From contig BA000021.3 of the NCBI GenBank assembly GCA_000008885.1, positions 390,001-422,000 on the forward strand: a stretch of DNA of 32,000 nt. Reading direction: 5' to 3'. Below are positions 31,813 through 32,000 of the stretch, in pieces (the stretch's first letter is position 1; every line of letters begins with the position of its first letter). The notes under the pieces are model-generated. The model saw only the letters and a program-made list of their open reading frames with translations. It searched no databases and was not told the origin of the DNA. The stretch is from Wigglesworthia glossinidia endosymbiont of Glossina brevipalpis. GTDB taxonomy: Bacteria; Pseudomonadota; Gammaproteobacteria; Enterobacterales; Enterobacteriaceae. A program made the translations under genes and the position numbers.

Positions 31813-32000
31813 TATTTTTTAACGCATTTGTAATATAAGTTGTTTTTCTAAATAAAAAAGCATTAAAAATATTAAATAATAGTTTTTAAAAAATTAATAA
31901 TATTAATAGTATAAAATATTGTTATAAAATTTCTATTTTTATTTTAATAAAATTTTCTTTAAAAATTAATTCTATAAGAATAAATTTAATTTTATTAAAT

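Overview
This 32 kb window is a very AT-rich, gene-dense stretch of chromosome. It most resembles a strongly reduced gammaproteobacterial (Enterobacterales-like) obligate insect endosymbiont. A Wigglesworthia-type lineage would fit the composition and the vitamin/cofactor genes, but I cannot prove the taxon from sequence alone. Nearly all of it is explained by conserved housekeeping genes in recognisable E. coli-like blocks: purC(partial)-dapA, purM, tRNA-Val(GAC), riboflavin synthase, grxD, rnt, slyA, pdxH-tyrS, nth, a PLD-family nuclease, fumC, nadE, kdsA-prmC-prfA-hemA, lolB-ispE-prs-pth-ychF, an L,D-transpeptidase, eno-pyrG, lpp, sufEDSCBA, fabI and pyrF. I found no transposon, CRISPR array, toxin-antitoxin system, phage module or convincing new multi-gene system. 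The best second looks are: (1) lolB is split across two frames, with a T9 homopolymer inside the short region where the switch must occur, so a transcriptional-slippage candidate; (2) slyA is an unusually well conserved, higher-GC island after an approximately 450 bp, extremely AT-rich gap and before a strong GC-rich hairpin; (3) a secreted PLD/HKD nuclease is retained; (4) sufE contains a perfect 10-bp inverted repeat in a locally GC-rich patch; (5) Eno and PRPP synthetase have substitutions in normally near-invariant loops.
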